DNA of 64,000 nt from an uncultured Verrucomicrobiae bacterium (GCA_963813995.1 CAWFAZ010000079.1:23236-87235); one strand, 5' to 3'. Positions 41,283 through 54,126 are shown, numbered from the stretch's first letter. Notes: generated from the sequence alone by a model not told the origin. Program-made: numbers and translations.

Positions 41283-43211
41283 ATGAATATGGATTTTTCA
41301 AAAAACAAGCTGTCCATGCCGGCGATCATCGCTGTCTCAATGGTTTCTTTCGCTGTCGCACAGAGCGCGTCCTCACAGACGTCCGCTGCGCAGGCCCCGC
41401 CTCCTTTGCTGCTGGCGCAAGATTTTCAACGCAACGCCCCGCCGGGTTCCAATGTCCCGCTGCCCACCAATACAGCGCCCCCGGGCGGCTCTTCGATTTC
41501 GCCGCGCGCCGAGGAGAAACCGCTCAACGCAAATTTGGGCCAGCTCAAGGGAATCGTCATCCTTGGATCCTACCAGGACTTTAAGGAAGAAGGCGTTGCC
41601 GGCATTCAAGGGCTGGACATTAAAGGCCCCGCGTTTCTAAAGGACCATCAAGCCATGGTTTCCGTCTGGACGGGCGATTTTCTGGGCAAACCGCTGACTC
41701 TGGCTGCTCTGGATCGCCTTCAGGTTAATTTAATACGCGTCTGCCGGCAGCTTGACCGGCCGGTGGTCGATGTCTATTATCCCCAGCAGGAGATTATTGA
41801 CGGTGTTGTTCAAATCGTCATCTATGAAGGAAGAGTCGGCCGCGTCAATGTCATCCACTTGGGCCGAAAATGGTTCAATGACGCTTATTTAACCAACCAT
41901 GTCCATCTCACGCCCGGGGGCAGCATCTCCCAGGGGCAACTGCTCCATGATCTTGACAGGCTGAATCGGGACACCCAGTTTCTTGAAGTCAGCGCCGTTT
42001 ACAAGCAGGGGGTTTTCAGCGAGACAAATTCCGGCTCGACAGACATTGATTTGACGGCCAAGGAACGGTTTCCTCTGCGCGTTTTTGCCGGTTATGATAA
42101 TTACGGGCTGAAGGTTCTGGGCGAGAACCGAATGTTTGGAGGTTTTAGCTATGGCAACCTGTTCGGCGTGGCCGACCAGTTAAACTACCAGTACACCACC
42201 GACATTCAATTAAGCTACCTTCAATCCCACACGGCCAGTTTTATCGATCCTCTGCCATGGGGACATACGTTAATGATGTATGGTGGCTACAATGCTGTCA
42301 ATGCCAACTTGTCTAAAATCGGATTCTCCAGCCTCAACAACAATGGTTATACCTATCAAGCCAGTCTGCGCTACATCGTCCCGCTGCCGCACGTCACGGT
42401 GCCGCACTCGTGGGCCTGGTTGTTGGACATGCCCGGCTGGTTGGCTGGTGGGGACCTTGAACTGCAGCATGATATATCCATTGGATACGACTTCAAGAGC
42501 GCGAATACGGCGATCGAATTCGGCAAAGTCACTTTTACTCCATACGCCGCGGATATTGACCAATTTGCGCTTGGCTACAGGGCGCTTCTGCGAGATCGAA
42601 TCGGCTATTCCCAACTCAATCTGAATGGTTACGGCAGTCCAGGGAGATTTATGGGGCGGAATAACGACTCCGACTTTTCGAGTTTCCACACCGGACTGAA
42701 AGCTAATTACTATTATGGCAGGGCTGAAGGGGAGCGGGGCTTTAATTTGCCATGGGGATTGTGGCTGCGGGGCAGGGGCGGCTATCAGAACAGCAGCACC
42801 GGCTTGCTGCCGAGCGAACAACTCTACCAGGGCGGCTACGCCATACTTCGAGGATATCCCGAGGATATTGCGTCTGGAGATCAAGGCTATTACGCATCGG
42901 CCGAGTTGCACTCGCCGCTTATCCGCACAAGCAATCTGACTGGACAGAAGAACCTGCCGGGGCAGCCTGACGGTGATATGCTGGATATTTTCGGGTTTTA
43001 TGACTTTGGCGCCGTTGACGGCGTCCGTCCGAATACGGCCACCTACGTTTCCCTGAATTCGGCCGGGGCCGGGCTGAGTTATCACGTCAGTCAAAACTTG
43101 AAGGTGGATTTTTCTTACGGCTTCCAATTGCAGCATCTGCCTTCCTCTACGCCTCAGGCCTTGAGCAAAGACCACAGCCGGGCGCATATTTCCGCGACCC
43201 TGTCGTTTTAA
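41283..43211 (+). CDS. TpsB-type outer-membrane transporter (ShlB/FhaC/HecB family)
   Basis: A signal peptide, a POTRA-like N-terminal region and a C-terminal beta-barrel pattern ending ...HISATLSF. It lies immediately downstream of the TpsA gene. Confidence 0.8.
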   Translation: MNMDFSKNKLSMPAIIAVSMVSFAVAQSASSQTSAAQAPPPLLLAQDFQRNAPPGSNVPLPTNTAPPGGSSISPRAEEKPLNANLGQLKGIVILGSYQDFKEEGVAGIQGLDIKGPAFLKDHQAMVSVWTGDFLGKPLTLAALDRLQVNLIRVCRQLDRPVVDVYYPQQEIIDGVVQIVIYEGRVGRVNVIHLGRKWFNDAYLTNHVHLTPGGSISQGQLLHDLDRLNRDTQFLEVSAVYKQGVFSETNSGSTDIDLTAKERFPLRVFAGYDNYGLKVLGENRMFGGFSYGNLFGVADQLNYQYTTDIQLSYLQSHTASFIDPLPWGHTLMMYGGYNAVNANLSKIGFSSLNNNGYTYQASLRYIVPLPHVTVPHSWAWLLDMPGWLAGGDLELQHDISIGYDFKSANTAIEFGKVTFTPYAADIDQFALGYRALLRDRIGYSQLNLNGYGSPGRFMGRNNDSDFSSFHTGLKANYYYGRAEGERGFNLPWGLWLRGRGGYQNSSTGLLPSEQLYQGGYAILRGYPEDIASGDQGYYASAELHSPLIRTSNLTGQKNLPGQPDGDMLDIFGFYDFGAVDGVRPNTATYVSLNSAGAGLSYHVSQNLKVDFSYGFQLQHLPSSTPQALSKDHSRAHISATLSF

Positions 43212-43338
43212 TTCAGCCCGACCCGGGCGTGACCTGAATGAGTGTGCCGGTGGCGACCGGGCCGCCGACTGATGGCCTTGACGAGCAGCGTTGCGTATTG
43301 CCTGCTCCTGGTCAAACACGCAAACCATATCAACCAAA

Positions 43339-44577
43339 ATGAGTATTGACAAGGATTTAAAGCAAGAGATCCGCATCGAAACCGGCATGCGGTTTGGCAA
43401 GACCACCCCGACGGCGGCGGAAGTCAGGGACGCCGCCCGGCAGGTCCTCGAATCCAAAGTGAAACAGAAGCGACTGCAGTTGGATTCGAACGCGAAGGGA
43501 AGACTCATAAATGCCATTTGTGACGACTTGCTGGCTTTCGGGCCGATCGAGCAACTGTTGCAGGACAATGGGATCACCGAAATCATGATCAACGGCCCCC
43601 ATCGGATTTACGTCGAAAAAAACGGTGAAAAGACCCTGTCGGAAGCGCAATTTGATGATGAGAACCATCTCCGCACCGTCCTGGAAAAAATGCTGGCGCT
43701 GGCCGGCCGCCGGCTGGATGAAAGTTCGCCCTACGTCGATTTTTCCCTCAAAGACGGCTCGCGCATCAATGCCATCATTTCACCGCTCGCGGCCGACGGA
43801 TCTGCCGTCACCATCAGGAAATTCCTGAAGACGCTGACGTGCCGGGACGATCTGGTGCGCCTGAAAACCATCAACGATCAAATGAGCCGTTTCTTGCAGG
43901 CGGCCATCAAGGCCAAGTTAAACATCTTGTTTGCAGGGGCGACCGGCGCCGGCAAAACCGCCACCCTGAATGTCCTTTCGAGTGAGATCGCTCCCAACGA
44001 ACGAATCGTTACGATTGAAGACGCCTTGGAATTGAAGCTTAACCAGGCGCACATCGTCCGCCTGCTGACCCGCAGCAACAATATCGAAGGCAAGGGCGCC
44101 ATCACCGTGAGGCAACTTTTCAGCAACACATTGCGCATGCGGCCTTCGCGCATCATTCTGGGTGAAATCCGGGGCGAAGAAGCCATGGACTATCTTCAAG
44201 CGATCAACAGCGGCCACGATGGCACGCTGGCCGTCCTGCATGCGTCCACCCCCATCGACGCGATTGGCCGCCTCGAAACCATGGCGATGTATGCGGGCCT
44301 GAACATTCCCCCGGCTGAGATCAAACGGCAAATTGCCTCCGGGCTGAATCTCATCCTGCAACACGAACAACTGGCCGACGGTTCCCGGAAGATCACCTAC
44401 ATCACCGAAGTTGCCGGGATAAAGGACGGCCAGATCGCGCTGAACGATATTTTCCGCCATGAAATCACCGACCGCCTGGAAAGCGGGGAAGTGGTTGGGG
44501 AATTCAAGCTCATGAACAAACCGGCCAATCTCGAGCGTTTCAAAAAGCGCGGCATCAGAGTGGAGGAAATATTTTAG
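43339..44577 (+). CDS. cpaF: CpaF/TadA-family secretion ATPase
   Basis: ITEIMINGPHRIYVEKNG, Walker A GATGAGKTATLN, IVTIEDALEL and RMRPSRIILGEIRGEEA. No other tad/cpa genes are adjacent. Confidence 0.85.
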   Translation: MSIDKDLKQEIRIETGMRFGKTTPTAAEVRDAARQVLESKVKQKRLQLDSNAKGRLINAICDDLLAFGPIEQLLQDNGITEIMINGPHRIYVEKNGEKTLSEAQFDDENHLRTVLEKMLALAGRRLDESSPYVDFSLKDGSRINAIISPLAADGSAVTIRKFLKTLTCRDDLVRLKTINDQMSRFLQAAIKAKLNILFAGATGAGKTATLNVLSSEIAPNERIVTIEDALELKLNQAHIVRLLTRSNNIEGKGAITVRQLFSNTLRMRPSRIILGEIRGEEAMDYLQAINSGHDGTLAVLHASTPIDAIGRLETMAMYAGLNIPPAEIKRQIASGLNLILQHEQLADGSRKITYITEVAGIKDGQIALNDIFRHEITDRLESGEVVGEFKLMNKPANLERFKKRGIRVEEIF

Positions 44578-44737
44578 TTTTCAGCCTCAACTCGATTTCC
44601 CGGGTTTGCCGCGAAGAATGGCCAGAAACGCAAGATATGGATGATAGGTCTGGAAAATCGGCAACACGGCAACAAGTGTTGACAGTCAACGACCTGGCCC
44701 GACTTTCGCAACTGGGAGTGGTTTTCAACTGTTTGAG

Positions 44738-45478
44738 TTTTGGCGGGAACGGCTGCCCGATTCGCGGGAGGGAACCTGCTGGCGTCATGTGCTGGAGACG
44801 TTGACGGTTTATCGGCTGATTGATCCGGGGAGCGAATGGCGGCTGCACCGGCAGTGGTTTTGCAACAGCGCGATGGCCGGCAACACGGCGGACAAAACCA
44901 CGTTGCGCGGTTTTCTCAAGAAGATCGAAGGACTGTACGGCAAAGCCGGGCGGGTCTGGGTGATGGACCGGGGCATTCCGACGGAGGAAGTGCTGGCGGA
45001 GATGCGGGCCAGTGATCCGCCAGTCTCTTATCTGGTTGGCACGCCCAAAGGACGTTTGAGTCAATACGAGAAAGCGCTGTTGGAGCGGCCCTGGCAGGCG
45101 GTGCGGGACGGGGTGCAAGTCAAGCTGCTGGCCCAAGAGGGAGAGTTGTATGTGCTGGCGGAAAGCCGGGACCGGGTGAACAAGGAACGGTCCATGCGGC
45201 GGCGTCAATTAAAAGGACTGGTCAACCTGCACGTCAGCTTGCGGGCCTATTTGAGGCCGCTGGCTCCGGGCCTGACGCCGCGCTCCCTGTTGGAGAAGTT
45301 CGCGGCGATGCAAATGCTGGACGTGCATTTTCCGACGACCGACGGACGGGAACTGGTGTTTTGCCGCTACACGCAGCCGGAGAAGGATCACAAAATGCTG
45401 TTGGCGCAATTGGGCTGGGAGCTGCCGCCGCAATCGCCACCGCGCATCACGCAGAAAGGAGAACTGATGTCCGAGTAA
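44738..45478 (+). mobile_element. IS1634/IS4-like transposase remnant (5' truncated, internally deleted)
   Basis: FWRERLPDSREGTCWRHVLETLTVYRLIDPGSEWRLHRQWF... then a jump to ...GRVWVMDRGIPTEEVLAEMR. An in-frame stop lies upstream. No terminal inverted repeats were identified. Confidence 0.55.
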
Positions 45479-45766
45479 GGAGCCAGTTTGGTGCAGACCT
45501 TTTGCAACGTCGCGTTGATTTGCAACGACTTACACATCGTCGCCCCCTCCAATTGCGAAAGCCGGGCTGGAATATTACTGCATGGTTACGGCTTAAACGA
45601 TTTGAAGCGAAGTCCGCTGAATGGGCGACACCGGCCCACAATGCGCCATATTGTCACTAGTGAGCATCATTTAGCGCCAATATGGCACTTAAAACCATCA
45701 CTCAAGCGTCGTTACAAACACTGTAAGCCATTACATGTATGGTATTTACAACTTTGCGCCATAATA

Positions 45767-45782
45767 TGGCACTTGCATTGCT
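45767..45782 (+). promoter_or_regulatory. Sigma-54-type -24/-12 element upstream of dnaK
   Basis: TGGCAC-ttgca-TTGCT with the canonical 12-nt GG to GC spacing, 19 nt upstream of the dnaK ATG. It is embedded in the palindrome gccataatatggc. Confidence 0.35.
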
Positions 45783-45800
45783 TATAGAAGCTGAATTTTT

Positions 45801-47750
45801 ATGGCTAAAGTTATTGGAATCGATCTTGGAACCACCAACTCTTGCATGGCTGTCATGGAGGGCGGCGAGCCGGTGGTATTGGAAAACTCTGAAGGAAAAC
45901 GCACTACGCCGTCCATTGTGGCCTTCATTAAAACCGGCGAACGTTTGGTCGGCGATGCCGCCAAACGCCAGGCTGTCACCAACTCGCGGAACACAGTCTA
46001 TTCCATCAAGCGTTTCATGGGCCGCAAATTCAATGAGGTCCAGGAGGAGATCAAACGTGTCCCCTACAAGGTCGTCGCCGCCCCGAATGGCGATGCCGTT
46101 GTCGAAGTCGAGGTGGACGGCAAGCCGAAACAATTCAGCCCGCCTGAAGTTTCGGCCATGATCCTGGGCAAACTGAAAACGGACGCGGAAATGCGGCTGG
46201 GCGAGAAAATCACCCAGGCCGTCATTACCGTGCCGGCATACTTTAATGACTCGCAACGCCAGGCCACCAAAGACGCCGGGCGCATCGCCGGCCTGGAAGT
46301 GCTGCGCATCATCAACGAGCCGACCGCCGCCTCGCTGGCCTACGGTCTCGACAAGAAGAAAAACGAGGAGATCGCCGTCTATGACCTGGGCGGCGGCACA
46401 TTTGATATTTCCGTGCTGGAAATCGGCGATGGCGTTTTCGAGGTCAAAGCCACCAACGGCGACACCCATCTGGGCGGCGACGATTGGGACAATCGCATCA
46501 TGGATTGGATTCTGGACGAATTCAAACGCGAGCACGGCATGGACCTGCGCAAGCAGCCCGACGCCTTGCAGCGCATCAAGGAGGAATCGGAAAAGGCCAA
46601 GATCGCCCTCTCCAGCGCCCAGACTTACGACATTAATTTGCCGTTCATCACGGCCGACGCCAGCGGCCCCAAACACGTCAGCACCAAATTAACGCGGGCC
46701 AAAATGGAGCAGCTTTGCGACAATCTGTTCGAGCGCACCATCGGCCCTGTCAAGAATTGTTTGAAGGACGCGGGCGTGACCGGCGACAAGATGGACGAAC
46801 TGGTCCTGGTCGGCGGCATGACGCGCATGCCGCGGGTGGTCCAAACCGCCGAGACCCTGGTCAGCAAGCCGCCCCACCAGGGAGTCAATCCCGACGAGGT
46901 GGTCGCCGTGGGCGCCGCCATTCAAGCGGGCGTTCTCAAAGGCGAAGTCAAGGACGTGCTCCTGCTGGACGTGACGCCATTGTCCCTGGGCATCGAGACC
47001 CTGGGCGGGGTGTTCACCCGGTTGATCGAGCGAAACACCACCATCCCGACGCGCAAGTCGGAAATCTTCTCGACAGCATCGGACAACCAGCCCGGGGTGG
47101 AAATTCATGTCTTGCAGGGCGAGCGCCAGTTTTCGCGCGACAACAAGACCATCGGCAAGTTCAATCTCTCGGACATTCCGCCCGCCCCGCGCGGCGTCCC
47201 GCAAGTCGAAGTGACCTTCGACATCGACGCCAACGGCATTTTGCACGTCAGCGCCAAGGACCTGGGCACGGGCAAGGAGCAGAAGATCACCATCACGGCC
47301 AGCAGCGGCCTTTCCAAGAGCGAAATCGAAAAGATGCGCAAAGACGCGGAAGCGCACGCTGAGGAAGACAAGCAGCAGCGCGAGGAAGTCGAAGCGCGCA
47401 ACGAAGGCGACAACGCCCTCTATCGCAGCGAAAAAATGCTGAAGGACAACGGCGACAAAATTTCGGCGGCGGACAGGGAAAAAATCGAAAGCGCGGCCAA
47501 GGCGCTGGGCGAAGCATTGAAGGACAAGGACATTTCCGTCATTCGTTCGGCCACGGAAAAATTGAACGAAGCCTGGCAGGCGGCCTCCGCGGAAATGTAT
47601 CGCGCGGCCTCTGAATCAGCCAAGGCCAAAGCCGGCGGCGGCAGCGGCGGCGCGCGTCCCAAATCTGGCGAAGCCCAGGAAGGCGCCGACGCCGGCGCCA
47701 AGGAAGAAGGCCCCATCATCGACGCGGAAGTGGTGGACGAGAAGAAATAA
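45801..47750 (+). CDS. dnaK: Chaperone DnaK (Hsp70)
   Basis: [38 protein letters not shown]..., full length. Confidence 0.97.
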   Translation: MAKVIGIDLGTTNSCMAVMEGGEPVVLENSEGKRTTPSIVAFIKTGERLVGDAAKRQAVTNSRNTVYSIKRFMGRKFNEVQEEIKRVPYKVVAAPNGDAVVEVEVDGKPKQFSPPEVSAMILGKLKTDAEMRLGEKITQAVITVPAYFNDSQRQATKDAGRIAGLEVLRIINEPTAASLAYGLDKKKNEEIAVYDLGGGTFDISVLEIGDGVFEVKATNGDTHLGGDDWDNRIMDWILDEFKREHGMDLRKQPDALQRIKEESEKAKIALSSAQTYDINLPFITADASGPKHVSTKLTRAKMEQLCDNLFERTIGPVKNCLKDAGVTGDKMDELVLVGGMTRMPRVVQTAETLVSKPPHQGVNPDEVVAVGAAIQAGVLKGEVKDVLLLDVTPLSLGIETLGGVFTRLIERNTTIPTRKSEIFSTASDNQPGVEIHVLQGERQFSRDNKTIGKFNLSDIPPAPRGVPQVEVTFDIDANGILHVSAKDLGTGKEQKITITASSGLSKSEIEKMRKDAEAHAEEDKQQREEVEARNEGDNALYRSEKMLKDNGDKISAADREKIESAAKALGEALKDKDISVIRSATEKLNEAWQAASAEMYRAASESAKAKAGGGSGGARPKSGEAQEGADAGAKEEGPIIDAEVVDEKK

Positions 47751-47898
47751 ATTTTCATTTTTTGCCCCGGCTTTTGCAGAGCGGAGGCATTAAACCCTCA
47801 AAAGGGATGGCTTAAATGACTTTTCCCGATCGGGAGAGCGGATTGATGATGAAACAAACGATCTATAGTTTGAATTTTTTACAGAAACAATTAGACGA

Positions 47899-48093
47899 AT
47901 GAAACCGGACCCTATTGTCACTGAAGTTCGCGAGGCGCGTCACCGAATCTCGGCAAAGTTCGGCCATGACACTGATCGCCTGGCACAGCATTACAAGAAA
48001 CTTGACCAGAAATTACGCCAAAGCGCCCAGTTTCAATTTGTCACGGGCTTCTTTTCGACTGAGCCCGAAAGGGCGGCAAAGCCGAAACAATAA
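47899..48093 (+). CDS. Small conserved-looking hypothetical protein between dnaK and groES
   Basis: MKPDPIVTEVREARHRISAKFGHDTDRLAQHYKKLDQKL..., 64 aa. It is flanked by a ~45-nt imperfect direct repeat. Confidence 0.4.
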   Translation: MKPDPIVTEVREARHRISAKFGHDTDRLAQHYKKLDQKLRQSAQFQFVTGFFSTEPERAAKPKQ

Positions 48094-48175
48094 ATGACTT
48101 TTCCCGGTCGCGGGTGCGGCGGGATTTTGATTCGAACAGAATAAAAACAGTACAAACAAAAAAGAAACACCAGTT

Positions 48176-50148
<1,973 letters not shown>

Positions 50149-50189
50149 GACATTAAAACTAACAAGGGGGAAAAACGGGGAACACGAGC

Positions 50190-50221
50190 GAGGCTGGCCA
50201 ACACCAGCCTCACTTTTTTTG
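50190..50221 (+). terminator. Rho-independent terminator after groEL
   Basis: gaggctgg-ccaaca-ccagcctc followed by ac-ttttttt. Confidence 0.8.
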
Positions 50222-50262
50222 CCGGCTTGAATCGCCCGCAAAATCCCCCATAATGACAGGCA

Positions 50263-51165
50263 ATGCAATTCATCCGTGACATTTATGCGAGGAAGGTGGC
50301 GCGGCGGCAGCCCGTCATCTCGTTCGAATTCTTTCCGGCCAGGACGGAGGAAGGGGATCGCAATCTCCTGGAGAAAACCATTCCCGCTCTCAAGGAATTG
50401 CAGCCGGACTATTGTTCGGTGACTTACGGCGCGGGCGGAAGCACGCGCGAAAAGACGCTCAGGATCGTGGATCGCATCCAGCGCCAGCACCATTTGACCG
50501 CCCTGTTCCACTTGACGTGTGTCGGTTCGACCGCCGGGCAACTGCGCGCGGTCCTGCTCGAAGCCCGGGCGCTGGGCATAAGAAATATTCTCGCCCTGCG
50601 CGGCGATCCGCCCGGCGGCAGCGGCGAGTTCAAAAAAACGGAAGGCGGCTTCGAGTTTGCTTATCAACTGGTCGCCCTCATCAAGGAGATGGGCGGCTTT
50701 TGCATCGGCGCCGCCGGATTCCCGGAGGGCCACATCGAGTGCAAGGAGGGGCGGGAAGTGGATTGGGACCGGTTGAAGGCCAAGATCGATTGCGGCGCGG
50801 ATTTTGTCTTGACTCAGCTTTTCTTCAACAACGCCGATTTCTTCCGCTTCCGCGACCACCTGGCCGGGCGGGGCGTGGCGGTGCCGGTCTGCCCCGGAAT
50901 CATTTCCATTTTAAGCGCGTCACAAATCAAGCGTTTCACCGCGCTGTGCGGCGCGGAATTGCCCGCGGCGTTGCTGGGCCGGCTGGAACAGTACGTTGAC
51001 AACGACGAGGCTTGCGCGGAATTTGGCATCGAATACGCGACGCAACAATGCGAAGAGTTGCTGCGCCACGGCGCGCCGGGGCTGCATTTTTATACGTTGA
51101 ACAAGGCTCGTTCCACCACCCATGTCCTGCGCAATCTGGGCCTGGCGCAAGAAATTAAGAAGTAA
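50263..51165 (+). CDS. metF: 5,10-methylenetetrahydrofolate reductase
   Basis: ISFEFFPARTEEG...CSVTYGAGGSTR...ILALRGDPP...DFVLTQLFF pattern of MetF. Confidence 0.9.
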   Translation: MQFIRDIYARKVARRQPVISFEFFPARTEEGDRNLLEKTIPALKELQPDYCSVTYGAGGSTREKTLRIVDRIQRQHHLTALFHLTCVGSTAGQLRAVLLEARALGIRNILALRGDPPGGSGEFKKTEGGFEFAYQLVALIKEMGGFCIGAAGFPEGHIECKEGREVDWDRLKAKIDCGADFVLTQLFFNNADFFRFRDHLAGRGVAVPVCPGIISILSASQIKRFTALCGAELPAALLGRLEQYVDNDEACAEFGIEYATQQCEELLRHGAPGLHFYTLNKARSTTHVLRNLGLAQEIKK

Positions 51166-51248
51166 GAATTAAAAAACATGAAAACAGTCAACAGTCGAAC
51201 CGGGATGTTTTCTTGCTTCTTAATTCTTACCTCTTAATTCTGCCTTTA

Positions 51249-54047
51249 ATGAAACGCGCCTCGTTGGAAAAGGTTGATTGCGAAATCGCTTTCGACAACC
51301 TCACCCGCCAGCTTTATGCGACCGACGCCTCGATCTATCAGATCGAACCCGCGGCGGTGGCGTTTCCGCGCAACGCGCAGCAAGCGTCCGCGGTGATCCG
51401 GGCCGCGGCCGACGAGAATCTGCCGCTGATTCCCCGGGGCGCGGGCAGCGGCCTGGCGGGCGGGGCCATTGGCGACGGTTTAGTCGTCGAATTCGCCCGG
51501 TTCAATCGCGACATCTCCGGGCTGGATCTGGAGCGCCGCACCGTCCGCGTTGGCGCGGGCGTCGTGCTGGATCAACTCAATGAATTTTTAAAACCAGCCG
51601 GGTTTTGCTTCGGACCGGACGTGGCGACAAGCTCGCGCGCCACCCTGGGCGGCATGATCGCCAACAATTCTTCCGGCGCGCATGTCCCTGTTTATGGTTG
51701 CACGGCGGATCATGTCCATTCGTTGCAAGTTGTTTTGGCCGACGGACGAATCCAAACGCTGGGAACGGGCGGGAATCCTGGCCTGGAGAAGCTGGTGGCG
51801 GAAGCCGCCGCCGAAATCCGGGAGCGCATGCCGGCCGACTTGCTCAAACGCTGGCCGGGCTACGGCGTGGACCGCTTTTTGCGCGAGCCTAACGCCAGTC
51901 ATCTTCTGGCCGGAAGCGAAGGGACATTGGCGGCGATCCTTTCGGCTGAATTGAAAATTGTGCCGTTGCCGCGCCGCAAAAGCATGGGCCTGATTTTTTT
52001 CGCCTCGGTGGCGGAGGCGATGCGGGCGACGGTGGAATTGCTCCACCTCAAACCGGCGGCCATCGAGCATCTGGATCGCGTGCTGTTTGAGCAAACCCGG
52101 GGCCAGTTGAACTTCAAAGCGGCGCGCGACTTGTTGCAATTGGACGCAAAACCCTGCGAAGCGATTTTGCTCGTCGAGTTCTTCGATGACGCCGGGGACC
52201 GCCTTGCCGCATTGGGCGGCAAGTGGCTGGGCCTGCGCACCCTGCTCCTGCAGGACCCGGCCTCCATGAACCTGGTGTGGAACATGCGCAAAGCCGGCCT
52301 CTCCCTCCTGACCGGCTGCAAGGGAGACGCCAAACCGGTCGCGGCCATTGAAGACGCGGCGGTTCGACCGCAACAATTGCCGGAATATGTCGCCGCGCTG
52401 TCGTCCCTGTTGGAGAGGCGGCAGCTCAAGGCTTGCTTCTACGGTCACGCCGCCGCCGGGTTGCTGCATGTCCGCCCGGTGCTGGACCTGCATGACACAG
52501 GGGACCTGAAGAAATTCCGGCAAGTGGCCGATGAAGTGGCGGCGCTGGTCCGGCAATTCAAAGGTTCGCTGGCGGCGGAACACGGCGTCGGCATCGCCCG
52601 CACGGAATACATGCCGGAGCAGCTCGGCCCCAAACTGCTCGGTTTAATGCGGGAAATTAAAAATGTGTTTGACCCCCGCGGCTTGTTTAATCCGGGCAAG
52701 CTGCTTCCCGACGGCCGCTTTCAGATCGACGCCAACCTGCGCATGGGCGCCGGTTACAAGCTGGCCCTGCCGTTTGCGCCCGTCCTGGCCTTTGCCGCCA
52801 GGGACGGCTCGTTCACCGCCAATCTGGAACAGTGCAACGGCTGCGGGGGCTGCCTCAAGCAAACGCCCGCAATGTGCCCCACCTTCATGGCCACAGGGGA
52901 GGAAATCATGTCCACGCGCGGCCGGGCCAGCGCCATCCGCGCGGCGCTGGAAGGGCGCGGCATGGCGGACCCGTTGCGCGGCGCGGAAATGGAAATGGCG
53001 CTGGGCAATTGCCTGGCTTGCAAAGCCTGCGCGGCGGAATGTCCTTCCAATGTGGACCTGGCCCTGCTCAAGGCCGAACTGCTCCACGCCCGGCACGAGC
53101 GGCACGGCCTTTCCTGGCGCGAACGGCTTTTCAGTTCCGTGGACCGGCTTGGCCAACTGGGCTGCCTGGCCCCGCGCCTGGCCAACGGACTTTTGCAATC
53201 CGGCGCGCTGCGGCGATTGGCGCAAAATCTTTTTGACATCTCGGCGCAACGCCCCCTGCCGCCGTACGCCCCGGAACGGTTCGATCACTGGTTCGCGCGG
53301 CGGCCGGCCCCTTCCGGCGGCGGGCGCGGACGGGTTTTTTTGTGGGACGACACCTTCGCCCGTTATCATGAGCCGCGCATCGCGCAGGCGGCGGTGGCGG
53401 TGCTGGAAGCGGCCGGATTCTCCCCGGCCCTGGTCGCCGGCCGCCAATGTTGCGGGCGGCCCGCCTTCAGCCAGGGCTGCCTGGACAAGGCGGCCGCATT
53501 GGGCCGCCGCAACTTGGAATTGTTGACAGAAAGGGATGGCAACGAGCCGGTCCTGTTTCTCGAACCGTCCTGCTACTCCATGTTCGCCCAGGATTATCTG
53601 GAGTTGAAACTGCCCGGCGCGGCGGAAGTGAAGCCGCGCTGTTTTCTGTTCGAGGAATTTGTGGATAACCTGCTGGCGCGCGAACCCGGCTCCATCGCCT
53701 TCAAAGCCGCGCCGGAGAAGGTCGCCATTCACGTCCATTGCCACGCGAAGTCGCTGGTGAACCCGGATTTTATGAAACGCGTCATCGAGCGGATGCCCGG
53801 GCGTTCGGCGGTATTGCTGGAGACGGGTTGCTGCGGCATGGCGGGGGCATTCGGCGCGCTGGCGGACAAATACGAATTATCCGTCAAAATCGCCCGGCCG
53901 CTGCTGGCGCAGATTCGGGCGCAACCGGCCGGAACGATAGTGGTGGCTTCCGGGACGAGTTGCCGTCACCAGCTTGAGCATCTTTCCGAGTGTCGGCCCC
54001 GGCACATCGCGGAAGTGCTGGCAGCGGGGTTGAAGAAGGAAAAATGA
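51249..54047 (+). CDS. FAD-binding oxidase fused to a 4Fe-4S / CCG-domain module (GlcD-GlcF-like)
   Basis: An N-terminal FAD-binding PCMH-type region (PRGAGSGLAGGAIG), two Cys clusters (CNGCGGCLKQTPAMCP and CLACKACAAECP) and a C-terminal CCG-type domain. Confidence 0.85.
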   Translation: MKRASLEKVDCEIAFDNLTRQLYATDASIYQIEPAAVAFPRNAQQASAVIRAAADENLPLIPRGAGSGLAGGAIGDGLVVEFARFNRDISGLDLERRTVRVGAGVVLDQLNEFLKPAGFCFGPDVATSSRATLGGMIANNSSGAHVPVYGCTADHVHSLQVVLADGRIQTLGTGGNPGLEKLVAEAAAEIRERMPADLLKRWPGYGVDRFLREPNASHLLAGSEGTLAAILSAELKIVPLPRRKSMGLIFFASVAEAMRATVELLHLKPAAIEHLDRVLFEQTRGQLNFKAARDLLQLDAKPCEAILLVEFFDDAGDRLAALGGKWLGLRTLLLQDPASMNLVWNMRKAGLSLLTGCKGDAKPVAAIEDAAVRPQQLPEYVAALSSLLERRQLKACFYGHAAAGLLHVRPVLDLHDTGDLKKFRQVADEVAALVRQFKGSLAAEHGVGIARTEYMPEQLGPKLLGLMREIKNVFDPRGLFNPGKLLPDGRFQIDANLRMGAGYKLALPFAPVLAFAARDGSFTANLEQCNGCGGCLKQTPAMCPTFMATGEEIMSTRGRASAIRAALEGRGMADPLRGAEMEMALGNCLACKACAAECPSNVDLALLKAELLHARHERHGLSWRERLFSSVDRLGQLGCLAPRLANGLLQSGALRRLAQNLFDISAQRPLPPYAPERFDHWFARRPAPSGGGRGRVFLWDDTFARYHEPRIAQAAVAVLEAAGFSPALVAGRQCCGRPAFSQGCLDKAAALGRRNLELLTERDGNEPVLFLEPSCYSMFAQDYLELKLPGAAEVKPRCFLFEEFVDNLLAREPGSIAFKAAPEKVAIHVHCHAKSLVNPDFMKRVIERMPGRSAVLLETGCCGMAGAFGALADKYELSVKIARPLLAQIRAQPAGTIVVASGTSCRHQLEHLSECRPRHIAEVLAAGLKKEK

Positions 54048-54126
54048 CGAATGTCGAAGCACTGGCGCGGAAGGCGGCTTGCAATCACACCCTTTTTAGA
54101 GCATATTTCATTTGACGCAGAATTGC

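Noticed and set aside
45640-45800. CIRCE (HrcA) or HAIR (HspR) operator upstream of dnaK
   Set aside because: The best candidates (ttagcgcc...ggcacttaa and cttaaaa-N5-actcaag) match the consensus half-sites poorly and have the wrong spacing.
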